From Candidatus Doudnabacteria bacterium RIFCSPHIGHO2_01_FULL_46_14 (GTDB lineage Bacteria > Patescibacteriota > Doudnabacteria > UBA920 > 2-01-FULL-46-14), in the NCBI GenBank assembly GCA_001779925.1, contig MFEK01000014.1, positions 86,983-150,982 on the forward strand: 64,000 nucleotides of DNA, read 5' to 3'. This document shows positions 55,254 through 64,000 of the stretch, piece by piece. The translations under genes and the position numbers were made by a program. The notes below the pieces were generated by a model that was not told where the DNA came from, did not search any database, and saw only the letters and a list, made by a program, of their open reading frames with translations. Within the stretch, counting starts at the first letter, position 1, and the number at the start of each line of letters is the position of its first letter.

Positions 55254-56600
55254 ATGAACACAACTTTGGAAAAGGTTGTAAATTTGTGCAAACGCCGCGG
55301 GATCATTTTCCCTGGGTCTGAGATTTATGGCGGGTTGGCTAATAGTTATGATTTCGGACCGTTGGGAACAGAGCTGAAGAATAATATCAAAAAGCTGTGG
55401 TGGAAAATGTTTGTTCAGGAGCGGAATGACGTCGTTGGTTTAGATGCGGCTATAATTATGAATTCAAAAGTTTGGGACGCAAGCGGGCATGTTTCGGGTT
55501 TTAATGATTTATTAGTTGAATGTAAATTTTGTCACAGCCGTTTTCGACCGGACGTTTTGGATAAAAGCGGTGCCGTAAGTCCGCACTCTAAGTTAAAAAA
55601 TGGTTTGATCTGTCCGAATTGCAATACAGTTCGGGAGTTCAGTCAACCCATCAAATTCAACACTATGTTTCGTACGAACCTCGGGCCGGTCGAGTCCTCA
55701 GAAAACGCGGTTTATCTGCGTCCGGAAACCGCGCAGGCCATGTTTGTAGATTTTAATACCATCGCTGAAACGTCCCGTAAAAAAATCCCGTTTGGCATCG
55801 CACAAATTGGCAAAGCATTCAGAAACGAAATCACGCCCGGCAATTTCATTTTCCGCACGCGCGAGTTTGAGCTGATGGAGATCGAATACTTTGTGCAGGA
55901 GAAAGATTGGAAAAAGTATTTTGAGCATTGGCTTGCTGAAATGAAAAAATGGATTACGGCCGTCGGCATTAACTCAAAGTTAGTCGAATACGTTGAAGTA
56001 CCAGATAGTGAGCGTGCGCACTACAGTAAACGGACGATTGACGTTGAGTTTAAATATCCGTTTGGTCAAAAAGAACTCTACGGCCTTGCCTACCGCACGG
56101 ATTTTGATTTGAAAGCCCACGGCATTGAGTACCGCGATCCGGTGAGCGGAGAAAAATTTGTCCCGCATGTCATCGAGCCGGCGCTTGGCGTGGAACGAAC
56201 AGTGCTGGCGGTACTGCTGTCATGCTTTGAAGAGGTGAGAGGCGGCCGCACCAAAACCACGGAAAGCGTTAAAGAACACGAAATCGTCCTGCGCTTGCCC
56301 AAAGAAATCGCGCCGATCAAAGTGGCTATCCTGCCGCTGTCCAAGAAAGAAAATCTGACCGGCATGGCAGAAGACATCCGCAAAACACTTTCCAAACGCT
56401 GGGTGGTAGATTATGACGAAACCGGTTCGATCGGCAAACGTTATCGGCGCCAAGACGAAATAGGCACGCCGTATTGTTTGACAGTGGATTTTGATTCACT
56501 CGAGGACAAGAAAGTCACGGTGCGTGATCGCGATACCATGGAACAGGAGCGGGTCGCGGTTAACGAATTAACATTTTATTTTGCCAGCAAGCTCAATTAA
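55254..56600 (+). CDS. glyQS: Glycine--tRNA ligase, dimeric class II type
   Basis: MNTTLEKVVNLCKRRGIIFPGSEIYGG; class II motifs. The upstream ORF extension from 55173 overlaps tgt and is rejected. Confidence 0.85.
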   Translation: MNTTLEKVVNLCKRRGIIFPGSEIYGGLANSYDFGPLGTELKNNIKKLWWKMFVQERNDVVGLDAAIIMNSKVWDASGHVSGFNDLLVECKFCHSRFRPDVLDKSGAVSPHSKLKNGLICPNCNTVREFSQPIKFNTMFRTNLGPVESSENAVYLRPETAQAMFVDFNTIAETSRKKIPFGIAQIGKAFRNEITPGNFIFRTREFELMEIEYFVQEKDWKKYFEHWLAEMKKWITAVGINSKLVEYVEVPDSERAHYSKRTIDVEFKYPFGQKELYGLAYRTDFDLKAHGIEYRDPVSGEKFVPHVIEPALGVERTVLAVLLSCFEEVRGGRTKTTESVKEHEIVLRLPKEIAPIKVAILPLSKKENLTGMAEDIRKTLSKRWVVDYDETGSIGKRYRRQDEIGTPYCLTVDFDSLEDKKVTVRDRDTMEQERVAVNELTFYFASKLN

Positions 56601-57624
56601 AACAATTCAAGCTTATCTCAAAGAGCATGGCCAAGATGCTTTTTTAGTGCTGACAAAAATAAACCGTCAGTATATTTCCGGGTTCACCGGATCCATGGGC
56701 GCGGTTTTGATAACAAAAAAATCTGCAGAATTGTATGTGGACGACCGGTACACGATCCGGGCCAAGTGTGAGTCGAATTTGAAAGTTTACTCCCTTTCCT
56801 CCCTTTCGTTGAAAGGAAAAGTAGCGGTTGAAGATCATATCTCGGTTCGCGAATTCGCCAGTCTGAAGAAGAATCATAAACGCGCTAAATGGAAGATAAC
56901 TTCCAATGTGGTGGAGAATCTACGGGCGGTGAAAAGCGCGGGAGAGATCAGGGAAATAAGGAAAGCAAGTAGAATCGTTGATCTCTGTTTTTCGCGGATT
57001 CATAAATTTGTGAAGGTTGGCATCACTGAGATGCAGATTGCCCAGGAATTGGAAAGAACCGCAATCAAAAACGGCGCGGATGGCATGGCATTTGAATCCA
57101 TTGTGGCGTGGGGGGCCAATGCGGCTGCGCCGCACCACCTTTCAGGAAAGCAAAAAATCGGCCGGGACAATTTTTTGCTTTTGGATTTCGGCGTGCTGGT
57201 AAATGGCTATCATTCTGATTTCACACGCACGTTTTTCATTGGGAGGCCAAATAAAAAACAGGAGAAAATTTATAATACGGTTTTGGAGGCTCAGGTCAGG
57301 GGCATTGAAAAAGTACAGCCAGAAAATCCGGCCGCATTAGTTGATACGGCTGCTCGCCGCCATATCGAGCGGGCAGGATTTGGGAAATACTTTACCCACA
57401 ACACGGGGCATGGCGTGGGTCTGGAAATACACGAATTACCAAACTTTTCAGCTAAATCCGGCGATGTTTTGCGCGCAGGCATGGTTGTCACAGTCGAGCC
57501 GGGTATATATATTGAGGGCTGGGGCGGGGTCAGGATAGAGGATATGGTGCTCGTCAGCGATGGCGGACCTATTATCCTGTCAAAAAGCCCCAAGGACTTA
57601 GAATCAATGATTGTTAGAGTTTAA
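56581..57624 (+). CDS. M24 family Xaa-Pro aminopeptidase
   Basis: Pita-bread fold metal ligands HHLSGK...DFGVLVNGYHSD...HGVGLEIHE...EPG. Confidence 0.75.
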   Translation: MPASSIKTIQAYLKEHGQDAFLVLTKINRQYISGFTGSMGAVLITKKSAELYVDDRYTIRAKCESNLKVYSLSSLSLKGKVAVEDHISVREFASLKKNHKRAKWKITSNVVENLRAVKSAGEIREIRKASRIVDLCFSRIHKFVKVGITEMQIAQELERTAIKNGADGMAFESIVAWGANAAAPHHLSGKQKIGRDNFLLLDFGVLVNGYHSDFTRTFFIGRPNKKQEKIYNTVLEAQVRGIEKVQPENPAALVDTAARRHIERAGFGKYFTHNTGHGVGLEIHELPNFSAKSGDVLRAGMVVTVEPGIYIEGWGGVRIEDMVLVSDGGPIILSKSPKDLESMIVRV

Positions 57625-57715
57625 TGCAAAATGTAAATATCAAAATCAAAATGAAAATTAAAAATTTTAAAATTTTACATTGTCATTTTACATTTTGATT
57701 TTTTAATTTTGAATT

Positions 57716-58978
57716 ATGTATAAGAAGCAAGTATTGAAGAATGGTCTTACGGTTTTAAAAGTTCCAGTGCGAGGCGCTAGGTCTGTTCTGGTTGATGTTT
57801 TCATCAAGGTTGGCTCGCGCCAGGAGAGCCCGCGTATTAACGGCATTTCGCATTTCTTGGAACATCTGTTTTTTAAAGGTTCAGCAAAATATCCTACTGC
57901 TCAAGATTTATCGCATGCTCTTGATGAAATCGGCGCGGAGTACAATGCCAACACCGGTAAAGAGCACACGCAGTACTACATCAAGGCCGCGAAAAAACAT
58001 TTGCCGTTTGTTTTTAATGTTCTCACCGACATGCTATTACATCCGGTTTTTGACAAGGCCGAGATTGAGCGGGAAAAAGGCGTGATCATCGAAGAGATAA
58101 ATATGTACCAGGACACTCCCATGCGCCATGTCGAAGATGTGTTAGAAGAGGTTATGTGGCCAGACCAGTCGTTGGGGAGAAACATAGCGGGCACCAAAGA
58201 AGTAATAAAAAAAATCAGCCGCCAGGATATTTTGGATTATGTTGAGACTTTTTACCAGCCGGAGAACATGGTTTTTTCGGTGGCTGGGGCGTATGACGAA
58301 GAAGTGCTTGATACCCTGATCAAAGAGTTTTGGAGTAAGCTTCAAAACAAGCAGTTTCCTAAATGGAAAAAAGCTTTAGAGAAACAAGTTGCGCCGGCCA
58401 TGAGAATAGAAGCAAAGAAAACTGAACAAATGCATTTGGCTTTGGGATTTCGATCCTATGACTACAATCATCCGGATTACATTCCCCAACTCATTCTTGC
58501 GACCATTCTCGGCGGCGGGATGAGTTCGAGGTTGTTTTCCGAAATCCGCGAGCGTCGCGGTCTTGCTTATTATATCAAAGCCTCAAGTTCCAATTATCAA
58601 GACACTGGGCTGTTTGTCATCCAAGCCGGGGTTCGACAAGGCTCCTTGAACGATTCAGTCAAAGTCATTGCTCAGGAACTAAAAAAGATAAAAACAGAGG
58701 CAGTGCCGGGACGCGAACTCAAAAAAGCCAAAGAGTACATCAAAGGAACTCTGACCTTGTCTCTGGAAGACAGCGAGAGCCTGCTGGGATGGTATCTCGA
58801 GCAGATTGCATTCCGCAAGAGGGTTTTAGAGCCGGAACAGGCGTTTGAGGAAATCGACGAGGTGACTGCCGAGGATGTAGCCAGGGTTGCTCAGGATATA
58901 TTTCAAAACAAAAAACTCAATTTAGCGATAGTGGGGGCAGGCAAGGTCGTGGAGATCCGAAAACTCCTAGCACTTTAG
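57716..58978 (+). CDS. M16 family zinc peptidase (pitrilysin-like)
   Basis: Inverted zinc motif HFLEHLFFKGS. Confidence 0.75.
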   Translation: MYKKQVLKNGLTVLKVPVRGARSVLVDVFIKVGSRQESPRINGISHFLEHLFFKGSAKYPTAQDLSHALDEIGAEYNANTGKEHTQYYIKAAKKHLPFVFNVLTDMLLHPVFDKAEIEREKGVIIEEINMYQDTPMRHVEDVLEEVMWPDQSLGRNIAGTKEVIKKISRQDILDYVETFYQPENMVFSVAGAYDEEVLDTLIKEFWSKLQNKQFPKWKKALEKQVAPAMRIEAKKTEQMHLALGFRSYDYNHPDYIPQLILATILGGGMSSRLFSEIRERRGLAYYIKASSSNYQDTGLFVIQAGVRQGSLNDSVKVIAQELKKIKTEAVPGRELKKAKEYIKGTLTLSLEDSESLLGWYLEQIAFRKRVLEPEQAFEEIDEVTAEDVARVAQDIFQNKKLNLAIVGAGKVVEIRKLLAL

Positions 58979-59008
58979 TTTTTCGTGGATTTTCGGTAAA
59001 ATAAGAGT

Positions 59009-60028
59009 ATGGCTGAACCGCAGAACATTAATGTGCATATTTCCACAATGGCCTTGGTCAAAATCGTGGTCGCGGGTTTGTTGTTGCTGCTTTTGTATGT
59101 TATTCGCGATATTATCCTCATGCTTGTGGTGGCAATGATTCTTGCCTCTGCCATGGATCCTCTTGTGGACTGGCTGTATCGTAAAGCTAAATTTCCGCGT
59201 GGCCTTTCTGTGCTCATGGTCTATTTGTTTTTTCTTAGCCTCCTCGGGCTTGTCGTTTATTTCTTGATTCCGCCGATCACTCAGGAGTTCAATTTGCTCG
59301 GTGCGCGCATAGAGGATTTCCGGCACGACCTGTCGACTCGCGCCGGTTCCCTTTCTAACGCGCTCAATCAGCTTGGTCTGGCCCGCGGTCTTTCCGCTTT
59401 GGGGCAAGGTTTTGCCGAGCTGACAAATGATGTATTTCAAAAAACTCTTGGTGTGGTTTCAAGCATTGTCCAGCTCGTGGGTACCCTGGTTTTTACTTTC
59501 TATTTGATTTCTTCCGAACATGGCATGAAAAATTTTGTCCGTTCCTTGGTACCGTACAAACACCAAGCATATGTCGTAGGCCTCACGGAAAAAATTCAGA
59601 CAAAAATCGGTTATTGGTTGCTTGGACAGCTGGTGCTTTCTGCATTCATTTTTTCGTTTACATTTTTGGGTCTTTTGGCGCTGGGCGTTAAATATGCTCT
59701 TGCCCTAGCTTTGCTAGCTGGTCTCTTGGAGATTGTGCCTTATCTGGGACCCATCCTTTCTGCTATCCCGGCGGTATTTGTGGCTTTTGCAGAATCCCCA
59801 ACATTGGCGATGTTTGTCATTGTTCTCTACATTCTTATTCAGCAGACCGAAAATTATATATTGGTGCCGAAGGTTATGGGTAGGACCATTGGTACAAATC
59901 CCCTGCTGATTTTACTGGCGGTTCTCATCGGGTTTAAAATAGCTGGAATTATCGGTTTGCTTATGGCCGTACCGGTTGTCGGTGCAATTACGGTTTTTGT
60001 CAACGATTTTAGAGAACAGAGGGCTTGA
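59009..60028 (+). CDS. AI-2E family transporter (PerM/YhhT-like)
   Basis: Eight TM helices; conserved LIQQTENYILVPKVMG segment. Confidence 0.75.
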   Translation: MAEPQNINVHISTMALVKIVVAGLLLLLLYVIRDIILMLVVAMILASAMDPLVDWLYRKAKFPRGLSVLMVYLFFLSLLGLVVYFLIPPITQEFNLLGARIEDFRHDLSTRAGSLSNALNQLGLARGLSALGQGFAELTNDVFQKTLGVVSSIVQLVGTLVFTFYLISSEHGMKNFVRSLVPYKHQAYVVGLTEKIQTKIGYWLLGQLVLSAFIFSFTFLGLLALGVKYALALALLAGLLEIVPYLGPILSAIPAVFVAFAESPTLAMFVIVLYILIQQTENYILVPKVMGRTIGTNPLLILLAVLIGFKIAGIIGLLMAVPVVGAITVFVNDFREQRA

Positions 60029-60029
60029 C

Positions 60030-61463
60030 GTGGACAAATTTTACATTACGACCCCAATCTACTACGTAAACGCGGAGCCTCATATCGGCACTGCTTATAC
60101 CACTATCGCCGCAGATGTGCTTGCACGGTTTTACCGCTTTGGTGGCGTACAGACATTTTTTTTGACTGGCACTGACGAGCACGGCTCGAAGATTGAGCGG
60201 GCAGCTATGGCAGCGGGCAAAGAGCCTGAGGAATTTACCCGTGAGATGGCGGCAAAATTTTCTTTCACTTGGGATACGCTAGCGATTGCGCCCGATGATT
60301 TTATCCGAACAACAGAGGAGCGCCATAAAACAGCAGTTGCTAAATTTTTGAAAGCATTGAAAGCTTCAGGCAAAGTTTACGAGGGCGAGTACGAAGGTTT
60401 GTACTGTGTGGGGCACGAAGCGTTTTTGACTGAGAAAGATCTTGATGAACAGGGCAACTGTCCGGATCACAAGACAGCACCGGAAAAGCTCAAGGAAAAA
60501 AATTGGTTCTTCAAACTTTCCGACTACGAGGCTCTTCTTAAAGAGAAAATAGAGACAGGCGAGTTGTTGATTGCTCCAGCGTCGCGTCGAAATGAGATTT
60601 TATCTTTTATTAATCAAGGACTAGATGATGTGGCCATTTCCCGGCCGAATGTAAAATGGGGTATCAAGCTTCCTTGGGACGAATCCCAGACTGCTTATGT
60701 ATGGATCGAGGCGCTTTTTAACTACGCTTCCGTATTAGACTATCCGGATGGGGAGAAATTTAAGCAGTTCTGGCCGCCGGATCTGCATGTGATGGGCAAA
60801 GATATCCTGCGTTTTCACGCGGTGATCTGGCCGGCTCTTCTGGAAGCTGTAAAGATGCCGTGGCCGAAAAAGATTTTTGGGCATGGGTTTTTCACGATTG
60901 ACGGACAAAAGATCAGCAAATCACTCGGAAATGTCATTGATCCGTTTGCATTGGCGCAAAAATACGGTACTGATACAGTGCGCTATTTTTTGTTGCGCGA
61001 AATCCCGTTTGGCCAGGATGGTGATTTTTCAATAAAAAAGCTGGAGGCAAGATACGACGGTGATTTGGCTAACGGTCTTGGTAATTTATTTTCCAGGCTG
61101 ACAACGCTCGTGGCGCAAAACCTGAATGGAGAAATCGGGGAGATCAAACCTTCTCCGCGAAGCCTGGAAGATATTGATAAGCTGGTGCAGGATTTACGTT
61201 TTCACGAAGCGCTCACGCGCATTTGGGAAGAGATTGCCTGGGCTAACAAATACATTGATGAAACAAAGCCCTGGGAAAAGGCGAAAACCGAGATGAAACT
61301 TTTTAGGGAAGTAATTGATAACCTCGTGGGATTGCTTTACGAGATCGCGCAAAAACTCGCACCATTCATGCCGGATACTGCGGAAAAAATCAGAAGCGGG
61401 CTGAGCACAGAAAAAATTGTTAAAGCTGAGCCACTGTTTCCAAGACTGGAAAAAATAACTTAA
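60030..61463 (+). CDS. metG: Methionine--tRNA ligase (ORF opens at 59976; probable GTG start at 60030)
   Basis: TTPIYYVNAEPHIGTAYT (HIGH) and KISKSLGN (KMSKS); 60030 lies just past the upstream stop. Confidence 0.85.
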   Translation: MDKFYITTPIYYVNAEPHIGTAYTTIAADVLARFYRFGGVQTFFLTGTDEHGSKIERAAMAAGKEPEEFTREMAAKFSFTWDTLAIAPDDFIRTTEERHKTAVAKFLKALKASGKVYEGEYEGLYCVGHEAFLTEKDLDEQGNCPDHKTAPEKLKEKNWFFKLSDYEALLKEKIETGELLIAPASRRNEILSFINQGLDDVAISRPNVKWGIKLPWDESQTAYVWIEALFNYASVLDYPDGEKFKQFWPPDLHVMGKDILRFHAVIWPALLEAVKMPWPKKIFGHGFFTIDGQKISKSLGNVIDPFALAQKYGTDTVRYFLLREIPFGQDGDFSIKKLEARYDGDLANGLGNLFSRLTTLVAQNLNGEIGEIKPSPRSLEDIDKLVQDLRFHEALTRIWEEIAWANKYIDETKPWEKAKTEMKLFREVIDNLVGLLYEIAQKLAPFMPDTAEKIRSGLSTEKIVKAEPLFPRLEKIT

Positions 61464-61505
61464 CCAACTAACAATTTAAGATTATCAGGTTGTTTAATTG
61501 CTAAA

Positions 61506-62402
61506 TTGATGGATCCGAAACTCATCGACACTCATACTCATGTCAATTTCCAAGCTTTTAAAAGCGATTCCGATGAGGTAATCCAAAGGTCCTTAGATTC
61601 CGGCGTATGGATGATAAATGCTGGGACTAAATTTGAAACTTCACGCGCGGCCGTGGAGCTTGCGGAAAATTATTCAGACGGGGTGTACGCTGCAGTAAGC
61701 CTGCACCCGATTCATCTGTTTGAGCATCATGTGGATATTAGCGAAGAAGGGCGGTCTTTTAACGGTGCCGGAGAAGAGTTTGATATGGATGCGTACAGAG
61801 ACTTGATTTCTCGTTCGATAAAAGTTGTCGCGATAGGCGAATTTGGTCTTGATTATTACAGACTCCCAAAGAATGTAGATCCCGAAGAAATAAAGCAGAA
61901 ACAAAAAGAAGTAATGATTGAGCATATCAAATTAGCAAGAGAGGTCAACAAACCGCTTATGATCCACTGTCGCCCCAGCGAAGGAACAATGGACGCGTAC
62001 GAAGACGTTTTGAAAATCCTAGACCAGTATTGCGTACTTTTTTCCCCTCCACGCGAAGGAGCGATGTCAGGGGAGGTCAGAGGTTTTGAAATCCACTGCT
62101 TTACCGGTTCTTCCGATATCGCTCAGGAATTTGTAAAGCGCGGCGGCTATATTGCCCTCAACGGCATAATAACTTTTGATAAATCCGGGCGGAGTGATGA
62201 AGTTGTCAAAAATTTACCCCTCGAATGGGCCATTCTCGAAACCGACGCGCCTTATCTCACGCCAATGCCACATCGCGGCAAACGCAATGAGCCTTCTTAT
62301 GTCAGATACGTCGCCGAAAAATTTGCAGAAATGAAGGGGATCGAGCCTGCCGAGGTCGAACGGGTCACCACTGCCAATGCTAGAAAATTATTTCGAATAT
62401 AA
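61506..62402 (+). CDS. tatD: TatD-family metal-dependent hydrolase
   Basis: MMDPKLIDTHTHVNF...HCFTGS...LETDAPYL signatures. Confidence 0.85.
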   Translation: MMDPKLIDTHTHVNFQAFKSDSDEVIQRSLDSGVWMINAGTKFETSRAAVELAENYSDGVYAAVSLHPIHLFEHHVDISEEGRSFNGAGEEFDMDAYRDLISRSIKVVAIGEFGLDYYRLPKNVDPEEIKQKQKEVMIEHIKLAREVNKPLMIHCRPSEGTMDAYEDVLKILDQYCVLFSPPREGAMSGEVRGFEIHCFTGSSDIAQEFVKRGGYIALNGIITFDKSGRSDEVVKNLPLEWAILETDAPYLTPMPHRGKRNEPSYVRYVAEKFAEMKGIEPAEVERVTTANARKLFRI

Positions 62403-62451
62403 TTTCACACCACAGTATAAAACTAAAACAAAAGAGGCGAATAAAATTCAT

Positions 62452-62485
62452 TTCCAAAATCAATACATTTGTATGTATTTTGGAA
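62452..62485. promoter_or_regulatory. 34-bp palindrome TTCCAAAATCAATACATTTGTATGTATTTTGGAA; second copy at 63203-63237
   Basis: Two nested inverted repeats read directly. Lies 15 bp upstream of the probable start (62500) of the PaaX-like gene. Confidence 0.5.
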
Positions 62486-62499
62486 ATGAAGATAGTTTG

Positions 62500-63189
62500 A
62501 TGAATTTTGACGATTCTATGACATATTACAAAAATCAGTTAAGCTCTATCGTACGAGCATCGCTGCGGAAACAAAAACAGCCCATGCTGACTGAAGAACA
62601 GAAGGAAAGACTTAAATCGGCAGCCCAAACAGCATTGACATTGATAGCCTTGCCAGGTGCAATTTTTCTTGGCGAGCTCGGTCGAGAACTTTTGCAAGGC
62701 ATCGAAAGCATGTTTTATCGCAAAAACCCTTTGCTGAAGTTGTCGCAAAAGGACAAGGAAAGAAAAGTTGTGAGAACTGTTTATTATCTGAAAGAACACG
62801 GTTTTATCAGAATGAAGCGCACTGGTAATGATATTAGGATAACCCTAAGCAAGTTAGGTAAGCAAAAGCTCTCCAAAATTGATTTTGATTACCTTTCCAT
62901 ACCAAATCCAGGTTCATGGAATGGCAAATGGTGGCAGGTGGCAGCCGATATTCCTACAAAAAAATATAGAAGAGGAGCGGACATGTTGCGGCAGAAAGTC
63001 AAAGATATGCGATTTTTCCCTCTCCAGAGGACTCTGTGGTTTTATCCCCATGATCCAAGATCAGAAATAGAATTTATCTCCAAGCATTATGGAATTAGCC
63101 GGTTTGTCACAGTTATGGAAGTTAATCGTCTAGATAAAGACGACGAACGTAAAATGAAGAAATATTTCAAGTTAGAAAAAATAATTTAA
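62500..63189 (+). CDS. PaaX-family-like winged-helix regulator (ORF opens at 62377)
   Basis: GSWNGKWWQVAADIPTKKYRRGADMLRQKVKDMRFFPLQRTLWFYP matches the PaaX C-terminal pattern W-G-W-x-V-x-x-D-I-P...LQ-x-S-V-W. Confidence 0.45.
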   Translation: MNFDDSMTYYKNQLSSIVRASLRKQKQPMLTEEQKERLKSAAQTALTLIALPGAIFLGELGRELLQGIESMFYRKNPLLKLSQKDKERKVVRTVYYLKEHGFIRMKRTGNDIRITLSKLGKQKLSKIDFDYLSIPNPGSWNGKWWQVAADIPTKKYRRGADMLRQKVKDMRFFPLQRTLWFYPHDPRSEIEFISKHYGISRFVTVMEVNRLDKDDERKMKKYFKLEKII

Positions 63190-63202
63190 GCACGCATTGT
63201 CA

Positions 63203-63237
63203 TTCCCAAATTTACTACATTTGTATGTATTTGGGAA
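63203..63237. promoter_or_regulatory. Second copy of the palindrome (TTCCCAAATTTACTACATTTGTATGTATTTGGGAA), between the PaaX-like gene and the IMPase gene
   Basis: Shares the core ACATTTGTATGTATTT with the copy at 62452. Confidence 0.5.
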
Positions 63238-63305
63238 TTGGAAAACGGTGCCGTATAAATTTTTGTCACCTTTTGAGATTGGCTGCACTGTGGTAGAATA
63301 AATAT

Positions 63306-64000
63306 ATGGAGCAATTTATTAAAAACTTGGCCAGAGGCGCGGGAGCAATCCTCAAAGAGGGATTTCACAAAGAACTGCAAATCAACCACAAGAAAGGCTA
63401 CTGGGATGTCGTGACTCAGTACGATTTGGCAGCCGATAAATATATTCAGGATCGCATAAAGAAAAAATTTCCCAAACACTCGATACTTTCCGAAGAAACT
63501 GGCGGCAGCCGCAAAGGCCAGAACATTTGGGTGATCGATCCGCTCGACGGCACTAGAAATTTTTCCCGCGGCACGCCGCTTTTTTGCACTATTATCGCTT
63601 TCATAAAAAACGGAAAAACAGAATTGGGAGCGATTTATGATCCAATTAAAGACGAGCTTTTCTATGCTCAGCGTGGCAAGGGCGCTGCTTTAAACGGTAA
63701 AGCAATAGATATTTTAAAACCGGATACATTGGCGCATTCAATGGCTGGGTTTGATTGGCATGTAAAAGATACCACGGCTAGAATCAGGCATAAAATCAAT
63801 AATTTGATTTATAACGAACGTTTATGGTACATGGCTTTGGGGAGCGCTGGATTGGATTTAGGGTATCTGGCAGCCGGGCGTTTTGATTTTGGTTTGTTGA
63901 ACGGCGCCCACCCGTGGGATTATGCAGCCGGTATTCTGATAGCTCGAGAAGCCGGAGCGAAAGTCACGGATTTTAGAGGACATTTCGCGGTTTGGGATTC
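63306..64000 (+). CDS. Inositol monophosphatase family protein (3' end outside window)
   Basis: SEETGG...WVIDPLDGTRNF metal-binding motifs; frame open to the window end. Confidence 0.6.
   Translation, partial: MEQFIKNLARGAGAILKEGFHKELQINHKKGYWDVVTQYDLAADKYIQDRIKKKFPKHSILSEETGGSRKGQNIWVIDPLDGTRNFSRGTPLFCTIIAFIKNGKTELGAIYDPIKDELFYAQRGKGAALNGKAIDILKPDTLAHSMAGFDWHVKDTTARIRHKINNLIYNERLWYMALGSAGLDLGYLAAGRFDFGLLNGAHPWDYAAGILIAREAGAKVTDFRGHFAVWD

Overview
The window looks like a small-genome, CPR/Patescibacteria-like bacterium; that is my inference from gene content, the pilin expansion and weak Shine-Dalgarno use. It is mostly gene-dense housekeeping DNA interrupted by type IV pilus and surface-protein loci.

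Describe, in map order:
- 1-2593 (+): pilM (5' partial), pilN, pilO and a small membrane ORF.
- 2590-6845 (-): a translationally coupled operon of four minor-pilin or secreted proteins.
- 6998-7354: tRNA-Arg(TCG) and tRNA-Lys(CTT).
- 7397-12961: a small excisionase-like HTH gene, a holA-like gene, a ZIP transporter, a cyclase-family gene, an inverted-repeat-flanked DUF559 endonuclease, then gnd and zwf.
- 13384-14470: a promoter, an unusual nested/split tRNA-Arg(TCT) locus, a DUF1003 gene and tRNA-His.
- 14435-16600: a 2.1-kb islet bounded by a 28-bp tRNA-His repeat, carrying an LPXTG DUF3494 surface protein and an ArsR regulator.
- 18195-21532: a short aquaporin, a coiled-coil lytic transglycosylase and a GSII-like glutamine synthetase.
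- 22016-23704: an S8 subtilase.
- 23737-30425: twelve tandem type IV pilin paralogues.
- 31055-38725: rsuA-like, dus, typA, clpB and an xerC/D-like recombinase.
- 39358-47646: two giant secreted proteins with dockerin-like, PKD, FN3, IPT and discoidin modules.
- 47705-50364: rpsO and pnp.
- 50827-53906: a PucR-type regulator, a PAS histidine kinase and a response regulator.
- 53966-64000: tgt, glyQS, M24 and M16 peptidases, an AI-2E transporter, metG, tatD, a PaaX-like regulator and a partial IMPase.

The main hunt result is several families of small palindromic, MITE/RPE-like repeat elements.
- They sit in frame inside essential genes (holA, tgt, xerC) and repeatedly at the GFTLIE-coding 5' site of the pilin genes.
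- One copy sits exactly at the pilM/pilN junction, where the pre-insertion ATGA overlap and a 4-bp TGAG target-site duplication can be reconstructed.

All calls come from reading the sequence and ORF translations; no database search was run.
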